Source: Camelus dromedarius
Lineage: Eukaryota
DNA length: 64,000 nt
NCBI RefSeq assembly: GCF_036321535.1
Contig: NC_087437.1
Location: forward strand, 111,664,001 to 111,728,000
Direction of reading: 5' to 3'
The position numbers and the translations under genes are program-made. Positions within the stretch are counted from its first letter, which is position 1. Every line of letters starts with the position of its first letter. Under the pieces are notes generated by a model. It saw only the letters and a list, made by a program, of their open reading frames with translations. It did no database searches and was not told the DNA's origin. Of the stretch, positions 13,967 to 26,391 are shown piece after piece.

Positions 13967-14090
13967 AAGGTGCTGGACGAATGCCAGAACCAGCGGGCCT
14001 GCCACCTCTTGGTCAATAGCCGTGTTTTTGGACCTGACCTTTGTCCAGGAAGCAGTAAATACCTCCTGGTCTCCTTTAAATGCCAACCTA
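13967..14090 (+). CDS. EVA1C: EVA1C coding exon 3 (124 nt), C-terminal half of SUEL domain 1
   Basis: cattttag|AAG GTG CTG GAC... = KVLDECQNQRACHLLVNSRVFGPDLCPGSSKYLLVSFKCQP(N), ends CCT A|gtaagt; SUEL motif FG..CPG..KYL.V.FKC; phase matches exons 2 and 4. Confidence 0.96.
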
Positions 14091-15194
14091 GTAAGTAACT
14101 TCCGAGGGGGACAACGGGGGAGGGTGTGGTGTGGGCGCCCCGTTTCATTCACACCTTGGACCAAAATTCTCTGCTAGTTGGCATTCGTTTAACTTTGCAG
14201 CTCTTGTTAATAGGAATGTTGGGGCTCATCCCATTTGGCCTTTTAGTTCGTGTGTTTTTCTGTGTGTGTGCACGCTTACCTGTGTATGTTCTTGCAAATC
14301 CCTGAATTTCTAAAAATTCTCCCTAATATGTAAAACTCAGTTGTACTGATGCCAAAGATGTCGGGGCATCCGGGTGGCAGGAGACTGCAGCTGCTCGTCC
14401 CCAATGTGAGGACCCCGTCCTCCTTTTGAGGAAGGCGTGTTGTGAGGGTCCCCGCCAGCTGAAGGGCGACTTGCTCCTCCAAGGGGGCCGGGGGCACAGC
14501 TCCCAGCCCAGCTCACGGTTCCAGATCTTTACAGACCAGCCCCTTCCCACTTTTGTCTTTGTTGGGGGCTCCTGAAACAGCGTCCTTTCCCAAGGAGAAA
14601 GAAAGAGGAAGAAAGAGGAAGAGGAATTGGCGGGAGCAACCTCTTCTGTCTGATTCTTGCACTTTTGTTCACTGACTTTCGCCATTTCTAACGCATATGG
14701 GTTTTGTAGTTAACCCACTGCAGGCCAGAAATAGCTGCCCTTCAGTGAGTAGGTCACACCTCCAGGCATGGAGGGTCAGCCTGAGACAAGCCGTAGGTAA
14801 TCACAGTTTCCAAGTAATACTTGAAAAACTTATTGAGAAGACAGCAACAACATTTAGCCAAACATAAAGGATGATATTTTAAAAATTCTGCACTGCCACT
14901 CCAATGTAATGGTCCTCGTTTTTTTTGGGGGGTTTTTTTTTGTTTTGTTTTGTTTTGCATTATGTTCTCTGTTGGTTTCTGCTTCGGCAGCCCAGCATCT
15001 CCCAAGACCCTGGGTGGCCTGGGTTCCCGTGGTGGGTGAGGCATCAGCCACGCTCATGCAGTGGTCTCGGGCACACCGCTGTGGAGAAAACCCTGGATCC
15101 TTTAGGCAAACATCCAGGCTTCTGTCTCAAACCCTTTCCTCGCTAGGGCCCAGATACCTCAGACCCACGCGGTGGCTCAGCTCCCATGTTGTGC

Positions 15195-15395
15195 ATTCAG
15201 ACACACTCAGACTCACTCATATTCAGACGTACACCCTCATACACCTATCACACACTCAGTGCACACGCACAGACACTCAAACATGCACACTGTCACACCT
15301 GTATACACTGTTACACACAGACGCACTGTCACACACGTAGTCACACGCATAGTCACACATACACACACTTGCAAGTTCACACAATCTCAGACTCC
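15195..15395. repeat. Degenerate (CA)n-rich low-complexity tract
   Basis: cacactcagactcactcatattcagacgtacac...gtcacacacgtagtcacacgcatagtcacacatacacacac. Confidence 0.8.
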
Positions 15396-16389
15396 CACAA
15401 GCTGGCCCAAACTTTGCAGAGCAGCCTAACTCCCTCCCCTCCCCTCTGGGAATTCTCACTAAGTCCTGCCCCCCTCAGTAGACTCAGGAAAATCACTTCC
15501 AGATGCCCATGTTCTTAGTGGCATCCTTCCACTGCTGACTCTTAAAAGTGACCACACCCTGCCCTGCCTTTGGCCACGCCCTTGGCCACGCCCTTGACTG
15601 CCTTAGCTTTGCCTTCTTTTTCTCTTCCACCTGTTTATTGGGATATTCTCTCATGCTTTCTATGTGTTGGAAACCGTTCACAATAAAAAATTAAGCAAGA
15701 CCAGCCTCTTGAAGAAGTGAAAGGCCTTTGTGAATTAGCAGAACCCCAGATAAGCCAGTGCTGGGACACAGCCTTGTTTGTACAGCGGGCAGTTAGGTCT
15801 GTTTGCTAATCTCATCGTAGCAAACACTTATGAAGCACCTGCTATGCACAGGGGTGGCCAGGTGTTGGCTCTGAAGAGAACTCACATCTCGCAAAGGATT
15901 CCTGGATGGTGGTTCTGTCTTGGGTGGTTTCCAATGTCCTTTCATCCAGTTAGCATTTACTCAAAGCTTCACATAGCTGGTTGCTTCTCAACCTTTAGAT
16001 TCTAGGCCAAGTATCACCTTTCTCCAGAAAAATCATAACTGTCCAAAAAACATCTGAATAAGACCCCTGTGCCCTTGGTCCTGTGCAAGAAGCTCAGAGG
16101 AGGACTTGACCTTCAGGCAAGACTTTCCTGGCAAGTGGTGTTGAACTCCTGGGGTGGGGTCAGGGCACAGGAAGACCACTCCTTACAGAAGCCTGTGACC
16201 AGAGGGTGCAGGGGGCTGGAGGGAGCAAAAGGAGCACCAGGCAGAGGCTGGAGCAGGACGCAGGGTCCTGACAGCCAGGGAAGGAGGTGGAGTCTCTCTC
16301 GAGGGCAGCATTTCTGCAGGGTGGGTCCTCGATGGGGTTGGGACCCCCTCTGGCTGCCCCGTGTGTACAAATGAGAGGGGCAGAGCCTT

Positions 16390-16713
16390 TATATTTTAGT
16401 CGATTTGAGCTACTGTAACAAAATGCCATTAATTAGGTGGCTTGTAATCAACAGAAATGTATTTCTCTCAGTTCTGGAGGCTGAGAAGGCCAGGGTCAAG
16501 GTGCCAGCAGTATCTGCCAAGGGGGCTGCTTCCTCACAGACAGCTGTCCTGCTTCCTGTAACCTCGCTGGGCAGAGGGAGGAGGAATCTCTGTGGGGTCT
16601 CTTTTATAAGGGCACTAATCCCATTCGTGAGGGCCCCACCTCCTAACAGTACCACATGGGCATTAGGATTTCAGCATATGCATTTTAGGGGGACACAAAC
16701 ATTCAGACCAGAG
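16390..16713 (-). mobile_element. MaLR solo LTR (MLT1A-like)
   Basis: cagttctggaggctgagaaggccagggtcaaggtgccagca...ttttataagggcactaatccc...ggggacacaaacattcagacc. Confidence 0.8.
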
Positions 16714-17231
16714 CACCTCATGTGACCTAGAGGCACTGCAGCTGGGGAGGCAGCTCCTGTTGCTGCTGTGAGATAGAGGAGGAAGGAGGTGGTCCCCACA
16801 CCTTCCTCTTTTTCTGCAGCCCCTCTCATTTCTGGCAGCTCTTCTCCATGGTCCCAGGTCCAGCCCCTGCATAATAACACTCTGATTGTCCAGAGGCTCC
16901 CCTGATGCACCCAGGAGTGCATGAAGCCAGCTGTTACCACAGGAGCCAGTTGTACCCATCTCTTCCTAGCCTTGCCCGTGTACAGCAAAATCTGCCACGA
17001 TGGCAGTATTTACACCAGGGGGATCGGCAAAGGCTACAAAACAGGGCTCGTTTATATGTTTACTTTTGGAGAATATTTTACCAGGAATCCTTACTAGAAC
17101 CTTCTTTTCCCATTTCACCTCCTCCCTAAAGTTCATCACCTCCTTCCTGAATCTCATCCCCTCAGAGAATTTTGGTTCCAGTGAGTCTTTGAATTTAGGC
17201 AGCTCTGGGTTCATATTTCTGTCTCCTGTGT

Positions 17232-17405
17232 AGCTGCTGTGTGACCTTTGGCAAGGGAGGGAAACTTTCTGAGGCCCCCTAACTCAATTGCAAAATGAAG
17301 ACAAAGTACCTTCTGCATAGAGTCGTTGCAAGACTGTGAAAATACAGTGCTGTGTGTAGAATGCTTAGCACAGGGCCTAGCATAGAGTTGAGCTCAGTAA
17401 TTGGT
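17232..17405. mobile_element. MIR SINE remnant (others near 39890-40190, 46210-46350, 51805-51910, 58260-58450, 59320-59445, 60340-60430)
   Basis: gctgtgtgacctttggcaag...gcttagcacagggcctagcatagag...ctcagtaa; elsewhere the MIR core cattttacagatgagggaactgagacacagggaggtta. Confidence 0.65.
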
Positions 17406-17922
17406 AGCTCTTCTTCCAAGAGGTAGGTTAAAGTAATTCTTGCTAAAGATGTGAATGACTGAAAGGCAGTGATGTACCATTGGTTGGGGGTGAGGGGGTG
17501 TGTTCTGCCCTGGGTGTAGGCCATAGTAGGGTGCACTGTCTGTTGAGAATTTAAGAACACAATAAAAGGGACTAAATATCTGTCTGCACGTGACCATTGC
17601 CATGCTCTGGCAGCTGTAAGTAACATCATTGATAACATATCCCCATCAAGGCAGATCCTCCCCCTGCCCGTCTTTGGAAGGCCCTGGCTGCTGTGCGCAT
17701 GTGTCTATGTGTTATTAAGGAGGAATGAGTCACTCACATCACCCTCTAATTGGGAGGGAGAATTGGTTGCTGTCGTCCTTTAAGCAGAGTCATGGTTCTG
17801 CCTTCACCCAGACTCCTGTCACTCTCCCCATCCAAACCCATGGGGATGTTGGTGACCCGTTTCTGGAAAGCGGCCCACACCTTTTCTAAATCTGATGCCA
17901 TTAAGCACTCTAACTCAGTTCT

Positions 17923-18063
17923 TCTTTTTTATGTTTTTAATTTTTGTTGTAGGGGATGTAATTGGGTTTATTTATTGATCTTTTTAATGGAGGTGCTGGT
18001 GGTTGAACCCAGGACCTCATGCATGCTAGGCACACACTCTACCACCGACCTATACCCTCCCGC
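17923..18063 (-). mobile_element. tRNA-derived SINE (vic-1-like), long form, diverged
   Basis: Reverse complement of the same SINE head plus AATAAACCCAATTACATCCCC extension; degenerate TSD ctctaactcagttct / ctctaaccctgatct. Confidence 0.85.
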
Positions 18064-20270
18064 CTCTAACCCTGATCTAAAACAGATTCTAATTCTCTAA
18101 GAAAAGCAGCAATTATGTTAGTAGTCACTTTGCTTTTAGAACCCAGAAATGTCACTTTTAGGCGACAGTGAATTAATACATTCCCAAGGAACGAGGTGAT
18201 TCCACACCGTACAAAGGGAACTCCAAGCATGTCATGTGATACTCACAGGCCCTTCCATTCCAGGAGATGATTTGCCCATAATCTGGGGACAGCGATCGCT
18301 GGAAGCCTTACTTGAGGGGTGCTGTGTTACTCCGGGTGAGTTTGGCTGGTACTGAGGCCACGTTTCATTGAATACATCTTAATGAATCAGAGAGATGGTG
18401 GCTACTAAATGCATTTCATGACATGCCTTAAAAAAAACTTCTAATTTTAAAAATTCTAGTAAGACAGAGAGAGAGAAAAGGAAAGAAAGAAACCATTCCT
18501 GTTAAAAAGTTTCCGGCTGACTGAGATAAGGCTTGGCTTTTGTCTTCCCTCCTCCTTTTTGGCAAGTTCTGCCGATGGCAGGCATTCTCCACATTTTTGG
18601 TATTCTTCTCTTTGGAAGGGTGCGTGAGCTCTTTTGGTGTGTCTACCCATTGCCCTCTGTTCTGCATCAAAGGCCCTCGTTCACTCCGGACCTTTAAAGT
18701 CAGGCAATATTTCGGTGTTGGTGAGATTTAGTGTTTACTCATCAAAAGCACCGAAAAACTCATGCCAGTGCGGATATGACTCACCGAAATCAAACCCTCC
18801 AAAGTCAAGGTCAGACTCAGTGTTCTTTTTATTTAGAAAAAGAAAACAGAACTTTTCTTGGCTCTAAGTTTAAACTGAGATATGAAGATTCCAGTTAGTG
18901 GGTAAAGGGCATCCTACACACTCGCTTAGTCACCTCCTAACTCTTCCCTCCTCTGATGGTTCCTCAGGTGTGCTCAGATACTAGAGGGGATGGGGATTTT
19001 GTGAGCATCTGTAAGCCGGTGTCTGCTCTGCGCTTTTCATTAATGAATCTTCCCATCATCTTGTTTTGAAGAATTGTTGCCAAGGTTTACCAGCACCGGA
19101 GCTGATGTTAATCTTGAGAGCCTAAACATTTTCCTTCGTGCAGTTCAAAAGTTTGGCCGCACTGCTGCTTCTCTGTTTTGAGCAGAAAGGCATGGGAACT
19201 TACAAGTCACAGAAAGGTGGAATTTCTACTTGGAAATTATTTTTTTCTATATTTTAAGTTTGGGACTTACGCATCATCCATGCCAGGGTACAGAGTTCCC
19301 ACTGGCCCCCGTTGCCCTGATGTTTACCACTCCCTCCTTCTTCAGGGCCTTTCGGATTGGTTTGATTGCAACCCAGAGCAAGAAAAACATTTTACATTTA
19401 GATCCAACACGACACACGCACAACTGAAAAAAAGCTTTTACGTTATGGAACAATGTTTATCCTTACTTTGTGGGATGTACTTTGATGTTTTCCAAACTAT
19501 TCTTTATTTTTCTTTTTAATTGCTGGTCACAATCCACTAAATTGACTTCATGGCTTATTAATGGGCCTCAAGTGACAATTGGAAAACTTTGGTTTAAAGT
19601 GTTTTTGGGTCTTGGGATCAGCCTGTACCTCCAATCCAGGAAAGAAAAGTGGAACAGAAACTTGAGTGGGTGAGAGACGTGAAAGACGGGGGTGTCGGGG
19701 TTACTGGGGGTGCGGACTAGTTCTCCTTCCTCTTGACGGACTCTTCCTCTCCATCCCAGGCAGCTCATGACACCGGGAGCAGCTCCTGGAATTTCACTCT
19801 TGTTTGCTGTTGACTCCAATGCTTCTCTGGCTAAACGAGGTGCCCCTGGGTGCCATTTCAAAGTAGGAAAAACTAGGACAGGGCATGAGCAAGTGGGACT
19901 AGCATTGTTTTGATGATTTTTCTCATAAACATTGGGGTGGGAGAGGGTGCAAACTCATGACCGTGGTCTCCTCTATGTTTTGCTCTGCTTTGCTTTTGCC
20001 AAGTTCAAGAGAAGGGGGAGGCTAGAAAAAGATATTTATAACACATAGGAGACAAAAGTTCAGAAGTTAGCATCCAGAATTTATGATTCCCTTCTCCAGA
20101 CAATGTCTAAAACTCCAAAGCACAATATGCAAAGGATATGAAGAGGAGGTTCACAGAAGAGCCGTTCTGAGTAAACTCACCGATACACGTAAAGATTCTA
20201 GAACAAGGCCTAGTTCAGAGGAAGTGCTCAGTAAACATTAGCTATTCGTTATTTTAAAAAAAAAATTTAA

Positions 20271-20405
20271 GGAGGGAGGGTGTAGCTCAGTGGTAGAGTG
20301 CATGCCTAGCGCACATGAGGTCCTGGGTTCAATCCCCAGCACCTCCATTAAATAAATAAATAAGTAAGTAAACAAACAAACCTAATTATTTCCCCCTTCA
20401 AAAAT
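20271..20405 (+). mobile_element. tRNA-derived SINE (vic-1-like), long form
   Basis: GGAGGGTGTAGCTCAGTGGTAGAG...GGTTCAATCCCCAGCACCTCC, (AAAT)n, AAACCTAATTATTTCCCCC, A tail; A-rich TSD. Confidence 0.88.
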
Positions 20406-21603
20406 TAAAAAAAAAAAATTTTTGTTGAGGTATAATTTACATAGCACAAAATGCACTTGTTTTAAGTGTACAATTCAGTAATTTTCAGTAAACGTGCTGA
20501 GTTGTGCGGCCACCACGACAGACCAGCTATAGAACATTTTCATCATCTCAAAAAATGTCCTTGTGTCCGTTTGCCATCCTCACTCCATGGTCCCAACCCT
20601 CAGCCTCAGGAAACCACTGATCTTTGTTCTGTCTCTCTAGGTTGGCCTTTTCTGGATACTTTATAGAAATAGAATCATACGTTAGGTAGTCTTTTTGTGT
20701 CTGGAACGTTAACTGTTATTACTTTAAAAATCAAATCATTGTTAAGCACTTTAAGTCATTGAATGTTTCTCGATACACTCTTTTTTTAAAAACCAATAAA
20801 CTATATTTTCTTCAGGGTGCATTTATAATGTCAACTCTGTGTGATGTTACAAAGGGAAATTTTTACTGCGGTACGTGGATTAAACAAATAAACAGACTTT
20901 TCCTAAATTCTCTGGGAACTGTGAGCTGGTTGGAATGAGCCTCCCCCAAGGCACACGCCAGCCCGGGTGCCCGTTGCTCCTGCACCACCAGACTTGGGGC
21001 CGGCTACTCACACTCCTCCGTGAAGGGGTTCTTCCCAGACCCTGTGCCTTGGTTTTTGTCTTGTCCAAGGAAAGGAAATACTACGCTTTTCTGTCACTTT
21101 TCTCTCTCTTTGTGAATACACAAATGGGATGCTAGAACACTGTGAAGTTGGGTGGTGAGGCTTAGCCGGACTCCCTCCTGAAATTAATTTTCTATCAGGT
21201 AATTCCTGGTCTTTACCTGCATGGGTCTCAAGACAGCATTTGAGAAAAGGCTCCCTTCAGTTAAGGAATGTGTGACCTCAAGTGGAGAGAGAGAGAAACT
21301 TCCTTTACGGCCACGCCTGACCCGGAACCTAGCCCGGCGAGGTCTTCGTCCAGGCATCTCTCCTCCTCCGTTTGCTCCGTAGTTTAACTCCTGGGGCTTT
21401 GCACTTGCCGACAGGCTGCCGCCCACCCTCTTCCTGCAAAGAGATTTCAGGGTCAGAGACCCCAAGGCAGGCAGGGCCATAGCGACTGTCTGCTTCTTGG
21501 GGTGCAGCCCCACAGCAGACAGGGCACGGCGGGATGTGGGAGGTGCTCACCGATTCCTTCTGCAAGAAGGTGATGGTGCCGCCAATTTTTGTTTCTGCTT
21601 CAG

Positions 21604-21756
21604 ATGAATTAAAAAACAAAACCGTGTGTGAAGACCACGAGCTGAAACTGCACTGCCACGAATCCAAGTTTCTCAACATCTACTCTGCGACCTACGGCAG
21701 GAGGACCCAGGAGAGGGATGTCTGCTCCTCGGAAGCCGAGCGGCTCCCCCCTTTTG
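21604..21756 (+). CDS. EVA1C: EVA1C coding exon 4 (153 nt), N-terminal half of SUEL domain 2
   Basis: gcttcag|AT GAA TTA... = ELKNKTVCEDHELKLHCHESKFLNIYSATYGRRTQERDVCSSEAERLPPF(D), ends TTT G|gtaggt; lies within ORF 21534..21800. Confidence 0.96.
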
Positions 21757-22403
21757 GTAGGTGTTTCTATGTGACTGTTATTAGGGTGCTGTCTGAGTAG
21801 GTTACGTCTCTGTCTCCCTAGGGAAGGAGGCCACACAGTGGCTGGCACCTGGATTAGAGGGAAGGTCAAGGGCAGGGGGAAACCACCCACCAGGGTCCTG
21901 CCTCTTTCTGCCCCACCTGCCTGAATCCATCTGTGGTTCATTTAGTCTACACCAAGGAGTCATTGAGTGCCTGCTGTATGCAGGGCCTGTTCTAGGCATG
22001 GAAGAGTCATCAGTGATAAATACAGAGTCTACATGGAGCTGACCTTCCAGCAGCAGATGGGGAGGCAATGAGAAAACAGAAAACAAACAAGCTGACATGT
22101 TGTATTTCAGGTGTGGATAGGCACTGAGGGAACCGCGTGTGGGGAAGGGAAGGAGGGAAGCTGGGTGGGTGCTGCAGGGAAGCTCCATTTTCTGGGGTGA
22201 TGAGCATGCAGAGCAGAGGAGATGAGGCTGCAGACACCTGGGGAAGGTGTCCAGGTGGAAGGAAGGGCTTGTACAAGGCCCTGAGGCTGTGTCCAGGGTC
22301 AAGAAGAGCTCAACAAGTCATCCTTCTTAGGAGTCTGAGCTTGGAGCTGAGAGGTGATGGCCAGGATATGCCTGGAAACTCCAGCCTTCAAAGTCACTCT
22401 GTG

Positions 22404-22860
22404 TTATTATTAGTCAGGATTCTCCAGAGAAACAGAGCCAAGAGGAGATCTATAGATGGAAAGAGACTGGTTTTTAAAGAATTGACTGACACAGTTGTGG
22501 GGGCTGGCAAGTTTGAAATCTGCAGGGCAGACGGGCAGTCTGAAAACTCAGGTAAGAGTTGATGTTCAGTCTTGAATGTGAATTCCACAGGACAGCAGGC
22601 TGGAAATCCTGGCAGAATTTTTGTGTTGCAGCCTGGAAAAAAATTCCTTTTTTGGAAAACCTCAGTCTTTACTCTTATGGCCTCCCGTAGATTGGTTGAA
22701 GTCCACCCATGTTGTGGAGGGTGATCTGCTTTACTCAAACTCTGCTGATTGAATGTTACTCATATCTTAAAAATACCTACACGGTAGCATCTAGACTGAT
22801 GTTTGACCAAACCGCTGGGCAAATAGCCTCACCAGAATGACACAAGAGATTAACCATGAT
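22404..22860 (-). mobile_element. ERVL solo LTR (MLT2-like)
   Basis: tattagtcaggattctccagagaaacagagcc...ggggctggcaagtttgaaatctgcagggcag...ctagactgatgtttgaccaa...attaaccat. Confidence 0.82.
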
Positions 22861-24362
22861 CTTCACCCACCCTATAACCAGAGAGAACAGACCCTGTTGT
22901 GAATGAAACCTCCCAAGAAAGTTTCACTTTATTCATCAAATCTAAAATGAGCTCTTTAATGTGTTAAATTGCTCCAATTGATTCATGGATCACATGTGAA
23001 ATTAAACATTAATTTAAAAAAGACATTCATGTATAAGTAATATCTTGGCTCTGAAGAAAAAACAAAAAAGAACATAAAGTGCCCTATCTACACAGTCAAA
23101 CTCTCAGGCAAAACATGATTCACAAGGAACTTGTGTCACGTGTATCCCCAGGTCCCTCATCCAGTGTTCAGGAGGAAAGGTCCTTCTATCTGGGCATCCA
23201 GTCACTCTTAATTAGCTTCTGTCTTAACAGGCTTGGCTGCCACATGGGCAGAGAGGCACTTGTGAGGGTGGCTCCTGCTGTCTGTCCGTGCCCCGTGCCC
23301 CAGCAAGTGACCCGTTGGTTTGGAAACTCCATTCTCCCTCTCATATAAATCTCCATGTGTTCAGAGTGTCTCCACCCCCTCCGCTCTTGTTCCTGCTACT
23401 CCATTAGGTCAAGGGACCATTGCCTGGCCATCACAGGAGTCCCTCCAGTCCTAGGCATGGTTTTTCCCCAGGGTGGCTGGAGGCAGCCTTCTAACAAGCA
23501 AATCTGATCTCCGCCTTTCTGAACACGCTGCTAGGGCTCCGTGAATTATCTGGTTTGCTTAGGTGGACAAGGTAATCTGACCTCTTTCTACAAAAAGGAA
23601 CTCTAATTCTTAATATCGGTGTGGGCCCCCCATTTCTTGAGCCTTCTAAGTCTAGCTTAGCCACATGTGTTTGGGAGACAGCAGTCAGTAACATCTATTT
23701 CAGCAGTTCTTTTGAGCAGAAGGTGGTCAACCAAGTAGGCAGATCTGTACGCAGGCTGAATGATTTATGTTCTGTGAATCGCTGCCTTAGGTTCCTGGGA
23801 AGATGGATGGGAGTTAGGTTTAAAGGGGAAAGTCATCGGCCAAAGGAAGTGTTAGCAGACACCATGGCTAGAAGACAGGTTTCCGTAGAGAGTTTGAGGA
23901 ATCCTCAGGTCAGCCAGCTGTTCTGATGCCATGAGTAAGCCTTGTTGACTCGAGGAAGGTCTGTGAATGGAAGACTGCTCTTGGCTTTGCTGTTCAGTTT
24001 TGAAAGCTTGAGCCCTGGCCAAGTTGTAGGGCAAAAACAGCCTGCTTGTTCCTCTGCCCCTCCCCTCCCACCCCTCACAGTTGAGAGCTTCTGCCCACTG
24101 CCCCTTGGGTACCTGTGAGGCAGAGGATCACATTCTCCTTTTTTTTTTTTTTATGGATCCAATTTTTATTCCAGATGACAACTTTTTGTCTCAGCTCTAT
24201 TTAATGACTAATCCTCCTTTTCTCCACTGGTGTGAAATACCTTCTTTAGAGAGGATCACACTCTTCACTGCATTTATGAACTGCTGCCCAAATGCCAGAG
24301 ACCTGCTGGCCCTGAGCTCTGCAGTGAGAAGGGGCTTCAAGGGAAAATGAAAGGGTCCTTGA

Positions 24363-24505
24363 GAATGCCTGTTCATCTCGCTATCTTGAGTACCCATCTA
24401 TCTCACCGTTTTGAATCCCCATCCATCTTACCATCTTGAATCCCCATCCATCTCACCATCTTGAATCCCCATCCATCTTACCATCTTGAATGCCCGTTCA
24501 TCTCA
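24363..24505 (+). repeat. 25-bp minisatellite, ~5.7 copies, consensus GAATCCCCATCCATCTYACCATCTT
   Basis: Units start at 24363, 24388, 24413, 24438, 24463, 24488; central three nearly identical. Confidence 0.92.
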
Positions 24506-24759
24506 ACCCCCAGCCTCACTCAGAAGCCTTGACTCTGTTCTTACCTCCCAGGTTAAGTAGAACTGCGCATGTGTGCAAAAATGTGAACCATTGGCTGCTT
24601 GCGCTGACACATTTTCTTGATTTAACCACGTGCTAAGAAATTGTCCCCTCCTTGGCCCAGGTAGACTGTACATGAGGGTTCCAAATTGCACTTGGCATAT
24701 TTGCCCCCCACAATCATCAGTTTTCCCTCCTGTATACACACATCAACGTCACTCCCTTT

Positions 24760-25470
24760 AAAAAGCACCCTCTTTTGATCCCGTCTCCCACCCACTGCCT
24801 CTGCAAGTCCTGTGGGCTCTCCCTGCACTTTGCATCTTGAATCCAGCCTATTTGCTCCCAGCCCGCTCTGAGCTTCTCTCACCTGGACCATCTGGGCTGC
24901 CTGCTGACTAGTCTCTGGCCTCCCAAACCCCTGGTTTCCTCCCCCCTACTTAGTCTCTTCTTCACTTAGCAGTCAGAGGGGTTTTATTTAAATCAAATGA
25001 GATCACATCCCCCCCACCCCACTTAAAGCCCTCCACTCTGCCCACTGTAATTAGAATAAATCCACTCTCCCAGCTGTGGTCCTGCCTCTCTCTCTCCTTC
25101 CTTCACTACCTCTAGAGCACTCCACACTCATTTATACCCCAGGGCCTTTGCACAAGTTCTTCCTTTGGAATGTTCTCACCCCACATCTTTGCTTGGCCAG
25201 CGCCATCTTGTCATTCAAGAATCAACTCAGACATCATCTCAGAGAGGTCTTCCAAGGCACCCTTCCAGCACATTACCTTGTCTCTAACGTCCCTCTAGAG
25301 CTGTCCCCCCGAACCCCCACCATCTGTGTGATTGTCTTTATAACATGGAAATAGGTACTTATGTGCATATGGTCTCTCTCCCCGGGAGAAGGTGAGCACT
25401 GCAGGGGTGATGTCTGTCCCTTTCTTGCAACCAGAGCAGGGCCTGGCTCAGAGTAGGTGCCCATGTGAAT
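24760..25470 (+). mobile_element. L2 LINE 3' fragment (other L2 remnants at ~21940-22320, 38170-38800, 40250-41090, 42740-43080, 54420-54990)
   Basis: cagggcctttgcac...tcaagaatcaactcagacatcatctc...cagggcctggctcagagtaggtgc typical L2 3' motifs. Confidence 0.65.
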
Positions 25471-26391
25471 TTGAGCCCCATGAATGGATCAGAGCCCCGC
25501 CCAAGTGAGGCACCCTGCGAGCAGATGGTTGCTGGCCTGGAATGTGGGCCTGGTGTCGTCACAGCTTCCAGCCTCTCATGAGATGCTGGAAATCCAATTT
25601 TTTTTTTTAATGTGAAAATTTCTGACTTTTAAAACACTGTGTGAGCCAAATAAAACATGCCTACAGGCTACATCCGGTCCCCGGGCTGCCAGTGTGTGCT
25701 CTCTGCTCTGTGTTCCTAGTTATTACTGCAGCTCGGCCTCAGGCTTTGAAGAAGGAGAAAGGGCTGTTTATTTTTAACCCTGGAGCCTGACATGAGCTTG
25801 ATAGGATGATTGCCTAAAAGCCAAGGGAGTTGGCTCCTGAAAGCCACCGTGAGCCTTTGAGGGGTGATATTTGTCCTTTTCCTCTTGTGTGTAAGCTAAA
25901 GTCTGGTGAAACCCCACATGCTCAGAGGTACCCCGCTGGGAGGACACGTGGTGAAGCTCTCAGTACAGAGTCAGGAAGAGGAGCGAAGTGTGGCTTCAGC
26001 CCTCAGGCACCAGCTGTGAGCGAACATTTCCAGTTCTTCCTAAAAGATGACTGTTATCACGGTTGTTGTGGATCTGCACAAGCACTGTAATGATATTGAC
26101 TAGAAATAAGAAAAAGATTCAGCCACAAATGTTACCCATCAAATGAAAAGACTTTTCTTTTCAAGAGCTCCTCCAAGTCCCAGTGTGTGAGCAGAGAACA
26201 GTGTTTACATAATGGCAATTCTAAAGCAGATACATTTGAATTCTGTTCTCAAATTTAACTTCGTATCATGCGTGGTTTTCCAAGAGGCCAACAAAATCCT
26301 AACAATGTCAATTACTCACTTTAAAGGGATGCAGTGTATAATTTACTTAATCATTCCCTAGTGGCTAGATTATTCTATTGTTCCTGATTTT

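Noticed and set aside
13443..14177. 244-aa ORF (+) and 185-aa antisense ORF 13363..13920
   Set aside because: Non-ATG start, overlaps exon 3 in a different frame, low-complexity Pro/Arg/Gly content expected from GC-rich DNA; no recognisable domain.
24363..24505. CRISPR-like array
   Set aside because: Head-to-tail repeats with no unique spacers, in a mammalian intron.
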